Origin: Octopus vulgaris
Taxonomy: Eukaryota
Length of the DNA stretch: 64,000 nt
Assembly (NCBI GenBank): GCA_951406725.2
Contig: OX597818.1
Span: forward strand, 121,830,001 to 121,894,000
Reading direction: 5' to 3'
Within the stretch, counting starts at the first letter, position 1. Each line of letters starts with the position of its first letter. A model generated the notes under the pieces. The model was not told where the DNA came from. It made no database searches and was given only the letters and a program-made list of their open reading frames with translations. The position numbers and the translations under genes were made by a program. Positions 56,583 to 64,000 of this stretch are shown in pieces.

Positions 56583-56827
56583 TAATAATAATATATGATT
56601 ATTTTACCATTACGGGGAATAGAAGAACATACAAAGCACCCTCTAAAACTAAAAATAAAAATAAACAAAGAAAAAACAAAAAAAGAAGGAAACGAAAAAA
56701 CAAACTCCGCTTTGCCATGAGTGTCTACTATTTAGGAAACAATGATGACGACGACGACGATAACGACCATGAAAATGATGATGACGACGAAGATGCGGTA
56801 GTTATGATGATGGTGATGGTGATGATA

Positions 56828-57030
56828 ATTGTTTCTAATTTTGGCATAAAGCCAGCAATTTTGAGAGTGAGTTATTCTATTACATCCATCCCTCAATACT
56901 TAACTGGTACGTGAAAAGATGAGAGTCAAAGCTGCCACGGCGAAATTTGAACTCAGAGCGCAAAGCCGTGAAGAAATATTGTGAAGCATTTTGTCCGGCG
57001 TGCTAAACGATTTTGCCAGCTCACCGTCTT
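56828..57030 (-). mobile_element. Diverged SINE family A (tail type 3)
   Basis: Family A motifs in reverse orientation. Confidence 0.8.
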
Positions 57031-57040
57031 AATTATTTAT

Positions 57041-57350
57041 GATGCTATGGCTCACTGGTTAGAGTGTCGAGCTTATGATCGTGAGGTTGTGAGTTCAATT
57101 CCAGGACTGGGCTGTGTGTTGTGTTCTTGAGCAAGACAATTTATTTTACGTTTCTCCAGTTAACTCAGCTGTAGAAATGAGTTGCGACATCACTGGTGCC
57201 AAGCTGTATCGGCCTTTGCCTTTCCCTTGGATAACATCACTGGTGTGGAGAGGAGAGGCTGGTATGCATGGGCGACTGCTTGCCCTCCACAAACAAACCT
57301 TGCCCTGACTTGTGCCTGGGAGGGTAACTTTCATTCATGACCGAAGGGGT
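57041..57350 (+). mobile_element. tRNA-derived CORE-type SINE (family D)
   Basis: TGGCTCACTGGTTAGAG...GAGTTCAATTCC head, followed by the CORE-like TGTGTTGTGTTCTTGAGCAAGACA...CTCCAGTTAACTCAGCTG. Confidence 0.8.
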
Positions 57351-57404
57351 TCTCCTCCTCAAAGATAATGATGATTATGACGATGGCTAAGTTGACGGTG
57401 AAAC

Positions 57405-57435
<31 letters not shown>

Positions 57436-57680
57436 GATGGTGATGGTTGTGGTGGTGGTGACGCGGATGATGATAGTGAAGTAATGATGGTTACTAAAGT
57501 AATTTTTGACGTTTTTATACTTATGTATACTTATGTATACTATTTATAGACCATCGGATTGAGTATTCGGCTACATTCCGTCCTATTGATTTCTGAACGC
57601 ATTTCCGAAGCGAACTTAGGTTAGTTCCCCGGTCTGTCATTTCAGCCTTCATCACCAACAACACCAACACCAACGTCAAT

Positions 57681-58062
57681 CATCATCATTCATCATTGTT
57701 CGACCGTGGTCGAGACAATGGAATTTACTATGTTACGCCAGACTTCACGGTCCATCATAGCATTACGGAGGTCCTGTTGCTGGATGCCTGTATCCCTGGA
57801 GATTACATCAGGGTAGGAGAGTGTGCGCCCTCTGGTATTGCGAGTAGATGTCTTCCAGAGGAGAAAAGTATAAATTACTTCTTTTTCAGCTCTACAACAA
57901 TGTCCAGCAAACTGGACTCTCCTACCTTTCACAAGAGATGACACAGGTGGTAATTTCCCATATATTTGCATTTTGGTTGGATGGCGCCTCCACGAGAGAT
58001 TTTGAGCTCTCATAAGGAGGCGAGTGTAGGTTCCATCCAACCGCCTCTCAAGCTTCTTTGAT
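57681..58062 (-). mobile_element. 5'-truncated RTE-clade LINE 3' end with 9-bp TSD
   Basis: Open frame SKKLERRLDGTYTRLLMRAQNLSWRRHPTKMQIYGKLPPVSSLVKGRRVQFAGHCCRAEKE...AMMDREVWRNIV...* (RTE ORF2 C-terminus), a (TGA)n tail and TSD AACGTCAAT at 57672-57680 / 58063-58071. Confidence 0.9.
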
Positions 58063-58205
58063 AACGTCAATACCATCACAACCAGTAACACCACCATCAG
58101 TACAAACACCACTACCACAACCACCGGCGCAAGCGCTACCACCACAAGCACAGCAAGCTCTAACACTAGTAGCACCATCGCCACCACATATATCTAGCAC
58201 TATCA

Positions 58206-58790
58206 AGGCGTCGAGCTGGCAGTAACGTTAGCACGCCGGGCGAAATGCTTAGCGGTATTTCGTCTGCCGTTACGTTCTGAGTTCAAATTCCGCCGAGGTC
58301 GACATTGCCTTTCATCCTTTCGAGGTCGATAAATTAAGTACCAGTTACGCACTGGGGTCGATGTAATCGACTTAATACCTATGTCTGTCCTTGTTTGTCC
58401 CCTCTGTGTTTAGCCCCTTGTGGGTAATAAAGAAATAGGTATTTCGTCTGCCGTTACGTTCTGAGTTCAAATTCCGCCGAGGTCGACATTGCCTTTCATC
58501 CTTTCAGGGTCGATAAATTAAGTACCAGTTACGCACTGGGGTCAATGTCATCGACTTAATACCTTTGTCTATCCTTGTTTGTCCCTTCTGTGTTTAGCCC
58601 CTTGTGGGCAATAAAGAAATAAGAAACGTTAGCACGCCAGGCGAAATGCTTAGCTGTATTCTGAGTTCAAATTCTTTCATCCTTTCGGAGTCGATAAATT
58701 AAGTACAAGCTGACCAGTTGCATACTGGGGTCGATCTAATCGACTGGCCCCCACTCCCCAAAAATTTCGGGCCTTGTGCCTAGAGTAGAA
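58206..58790 (+). mobile_element. Triple nested SINE family A composite inside one TSD
   Basis: Two tail-1 units followed by a tail-2 unit, flanked by ATATATCTAGCACTATCA (58188-58205) and ATATATCTACCACCATCA (58790-58807). Confidence 0.9.
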
Positions 58791-59279
58791 TATATCTACC
58801 ACCATCACCCCCACCACCACTACCACCATCGCCGCCACCACCACTTGAACCGACATACAGTTCGAAAGATTGACAACCACTTTTGTGCACTGATGACAGA
58901 TCACCTACTCTGATGCATATCAAACATGTTTCATAAAATAAATAATAATTACATAAAAGGCAATATTTGGATCTGTAAATAAAGGTTAAGACGTTCTCAC
59001 ACAGTATTTGCAAACCTTGAGTATTTTGATGCATGTTTTTCTTGTATGAGATACTATCTAATTATTTCGCATCTAAGAGTGGAAAACTCTTAATGTGCTT
59101 AACGAACCATTGATAATAAGGAAATTATTAATTATAATGGCATTAACGCTGCGCTTGGAAATAATCAATTTAATCCAAATGTACCTGCTTGATTCTTGAG
59201 TAAAGGTAATGTTCCCAAATTTATGATCACCGAACCTACATCTCCCATAAACACACAAACACACACACACACACACGTG

Positions 59280-59312
<33 letters not shown>

Positions 59313-59340
59313 GCGCATATATATATATATATATATATAT

Positions 59341-59682
59341 TTAGCAATTAAGGACAACTACTTAATAAGAAAACAACAAGAAATTGTCAGGTAGATAGCG
59401 TAAGAACCTATAAGAGAAAAATTTCGAAATAATTATTTCTTATTGAATATATTATTTATATGAGGGCATTATATACGCCAGAAGGCATTATATACATATT
59501 ACTATACCGAATATTTTCAGTAAGACATTTAAAAATATATAGACCTGTATCACAGTGACACTTACGTACTCATCAGCAGGCCTGAAATTTTTTAAATGTC
59601 TTACTTTGAAAATTGCATTCGGTGGATTAGAATAGAGTGACTAATTGTCCTCTAGTTTGGATGTATGGATATATAATGCCCT
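59341..59682 (-). mobile_element. Rod-like (TA)n-bounded insert with a damaged hammerhead at the apex (59541-59583)
   Basis: Nested inverted repeats across 59464-59682. The minus strand reads AGGCCTG-CTGATGA-GTAC GTAA GT(G)-TCACTGTGA-TA-CAGGTCT, with GAAA missing. Confidence 0.6.
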
Positions 59683-59801
59683 ATATATAAATTTATATAT
59701 ATATATATATATATATATAAACACACACGTACAGAGGTATGGAGATGTGTATGTTGTGTGTCTGTATATATATATATATATGCTTATGCATGTATATATG
59801 T

Positions 59802-59836
<35 letters not shown>

Positions 59837-60123
59837 CACACACACATTCTTTTTCGGAATGGAGAATCTCGAAGCAGATAAGGCAATAAATAACAGTGTA
59901 TACGTATTTGGTTAAAAATATATATAAAAATGCAGGTTATAAGAAACTTTGCAAGTCGATGATTTGTATTTCTACCTTGTATTTCAATATTTAGGGGATA
60001 AGCCCCCTTTAGAAATCTTCAGCAAAATGGCTGTGTGAACAGGCTTCTCTGATTTGGACGATGTATATGAAGAGTTGGCATAGTAGTTAATCAGTTGAAT
60101 GCAGTTCGGTTCTGCTGGTAGTA

Positions 60124-60172
<49 letters not shown>

Positions 60173-60350
60173 CTTCTCGATTTACGACCGAGTTCCGTTT
60201 CGATTGATAGGTTGTAAGTCGATCTGGTCGTATGACGGATTTATATTTTTCAATAATATCTTTATTCAAACGCAACTAATGCTTGAAAGTGACTTAATGA
60301 GAAACAGTGACAGGCAGTCGACGACCTACACGTGCTCATATATATATATA

Positions 60351-60856
<506 letters not shown>

Positions 60857-62269
60857 TATATATATATATATATATATATATTACATATGTGCGTTGATAT
60901 ACAGAGAATTCAAATTCGAGTTACTGTTATTTTCATGATGTAAAACACAAGTTTAGATTCAAATATACAGTCCTTCGAATTCAAATATACAACATGGTAA
61001 GACATTTTTTGAAAACAAAAGGAAGAAAAAACCGAGAAAGAGCGCTCGTCTTTGACAAAAACCAAGAAATGATATTGATCTTTGAGAAAACACGTGAAAG
61101 GCCGAGAGGATAGTAAAAGAAAGAAATGGAATGAAAAAAACCCCAAAAGAGTTGTGTCCTTTTAGTCTATTCAAATATGAATTAATATGCTAGATCTGAA
61201 TTAACGCAACGGGGTTGGACAACGACAACAGCAGCAATAGAAGAATTCGAATACGAAATTGTTTATGAAGAGAGAAAACGACGAAGAGTTGACAGGAAAA
61301 TGGAAGAAAGGAATATGTGAAGGTAGTGTTTTCCAGTTAAAAAAAAAAAAAAATTGGAACCTTGAAATTAAACCGAAAATTATTTTGCCAGTTTGTGGCT
61401 CCATTTTAGCCAACCCTGACAAGATCGCTTTTCAAAAAAAATAAAAAAAAGAAAAACAAAAAGAAAAAAACCGCTCAGCCTATCTCAAGAATCCCTCTTC
61501 AAGTATAATCCGGAACTACTTCCCTTCTTTTACATAAAAAAAAGTCACCACCTGAACATCGATATCAAAAACTAAAGGTAACTTTCCCTCGATATTCCTA
61601 ACAGACGTTGTTTACAGTCTAGTCTCAAATAATCACAAAACTATGATAAAACATCTTTTATTCTATTTTTCTTTTCATTTATTTCTTACACATATAATCT
61701 ATTGTCGACTTTTTCTATTTCTTCCCTCTTATCAATTTCCACAATCTTTATATCTTTATATATATCTTGATTTTCTTTTTTCACCTATGTATGAATTTTG
61801 TTGTAAATACTAACCGTGCTTTTCTTTAATTTCCCATTTTCTCCCATCTCCACACAATTCTCTCTCCTTTTTCGCAACAGCTAATATTATATACATACAC
61901 AATTCATCCAGAAACTTTACTGAATTTGCCGCATAAAAACTGTGATCAAGAGAAAGTTGATGCATTAGTTATTTTGTAATCCTGATACTTTTCATCTTTG
62001 CTTATATTTTTTTACAATACACTACTTCTAGCCTTAAGTTTATATACTGTTGGCTACTGGTACACCATTACAACGAGTTTATCCAATAACCATACCTGCA
62101 TGCATAAATACGTACACATACATATGCATGCATACGTATATGCATATATATGTATGCACTTCTAAGTATATATACACACACATATGTATATAAATATTAC
62201 CGCTCTACCTATCACGTGCATGGAGTAATGACAAGAAGCACGATCTGTCCAACTGCACATTGATCATAT

Positions 62270-62355
62270 TCCATATATATATAGGTATATATATATATAT
62301 ATATACATATTATACATATATATATATATTATATACACACATGCATAATACATAC

Positions 62356-62415
<60 letters not shown>

Positions 62416-62537
62416 TGAATATATATATGTATGTATGAACATACATTATATATACTATGTATGTGATATATATATATATATATATATATGATATACATAT
62501 ATACATATATACGTACATGCATACATACATGCATACA

Positions 62538-62570
<33 letters not shown>

Positions 62571-62640
62571 GCATACATACATAAATACATACATACATAC
62601 ATACATACATACATACATACATACATACATACATACATAC
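62270..62640. repeat. (TA)n/(TACA)n microsatellite field
   Basis: Read directly. Confidence 0.95.
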
Positions 62641-62994
62641 AAGCACTCATATTATTACTTTATTTTTATATATATTTTATAACTCTCTGTTTCATGTTTT
62701 TTTTGGTCAACCTACTTCTCTCTCACTAAATGCATAAGTAGACTTACAAGAAACACTTTAGATACAACTTTATTCATTAAATCACTATTTTAACATAATG
62801 GTGTCTCAGCTGCTACCAGGATTAGTAAATCTATGAATCGATGTGGACTTTTACTTATGGACAAATTTGATTTATGGCTATCGCAGCTCTGCCGGAGAAA
62901 TACATTTTTCTATGGAATCAAGATCAGTCGTTAAATTTCTCGATAACAATAGATGAGTATATATATGTAATTTACCTGTCTCTCTGTCTATATG

Positions 62995-63081
<87 letters not shown>

Positions 63082-63399
63082 CTTTTTTTTCTCTCCTTCG
63101 TCTGTCTACCTGTTTCTCTCCCCTATCTCTCTGTCCATCTTTCTTTCGTTCTTTCTTTCTTTCTTTCTTTATCCCCTTTTCTTTCTCTTCACTTCCCTAT
63201 TTATCTATTTATCTGTCTGTCTGTCTGTATGGTATATGTATCTGTCTAGTTAACTACAGTGTATGCATTATGTTCGTATGTATGCATGCATTCATGCATG
63301 CATGTATGTTTGTATGTATGCATATACGTACGTATGTATGATTTATGTATGTATGTATGTATGTATGTATGTATCTATCTATCTATCTATGTATGTATG

Positions 63400-63433
<34 letters not shown>

Positions 63434-63542
63434 ACCGTTTCTATATCTGCACGAAGGTAAAACTGTTGAAGAGAGATAAATGACAGTACCTACAAGCATA
63501 CAAAGCGTCCATTAATTTTATCATTTTATTTCGCTTCCCTAC

Positions 63543-63622
<80 letters not shown>

Positions 63623-64000
63623 CATATATATATATGTACATATGTCTACATACACAAACATACTTACATATAAATACACACACATCTACTGACATTAGTA
63701 TGGAAAGTTTGGGTGACTACCACAAACACATGGACACACACAGAGACACACATTCCCTCACACACAAAAACGCGAAAACTCACACCTCACACCCTCTCCT
63801 TACCTACCTCACATGCATATACACACTTACATACAAAGTGGAAATTTCGAAGAACATAAAAAGAAATGGAAGCTACTTCACATCCTCTATGACTCTACAA
63901 AGACATAAAAACATACGTCTGCACTTAAATGCTATTTATTTGGTTTCGCTGTCATGAATGAATGGACTGAATACGATGAATTTCGAAATAATTATATTTC

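Noticed and set aside
57693-58187. 164-aa ORF as a host gene
   Set aside because: It is an RTE ORF2 C-terminus fused by chance to an upstream (GGT)n-like low-complexity tract and is bounded by a TSD.
58206-58790. Regularly repeated units resembling a CRISPR or satellite array
   Set aside because: The units are ~180-bp SINE bodies with no unique spacers, and the context is eukaryotic.

Overview
AT-rich eukaryotic DNA dense in microsatellites, most consistent with an octopus (coleoid cephalopod) genome. That assignment is inferred from the repeat families and repeat density, not from a database search. The window looks almost entirely intronic or intergenic. Only one host exon is convincing: 22644-22889 on the minus strand, a 246-nt symmetric phase-1 exon encoding an acidic peptide with an SGSG glycosaminoglycan-attachment motif (syndecan/proteoglycan-like). 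Nearly all ORFs in the supplied track are microsatellite or SINE artefacts. The rest is mobile DNA: at least four tRNA-derived SINE families, RTE and RLE-type LINE remnants, three Penelope-like GIY-YIG fragments, and Tc1, mariner, hAT, Helitron and MITE remnants. The most striking hidden signal is a set of about a dozen type I hammerhead ribozyme motifs in short non-coding inserts, mostly bounded by (TA)n. One has a fully intact core (37951-38002) inside a ~420-nt highly self-complementary, retrozyme-like element, and a second rod-shaped element lies at ~59341-59682. A second signal is a young SINE subfamily that inserts preferentially at GGT(A/T)TT-like sites, repeatedly into one fixed site of its own family, and shares its 3' tail with LINE-like 3' ends in the same window.
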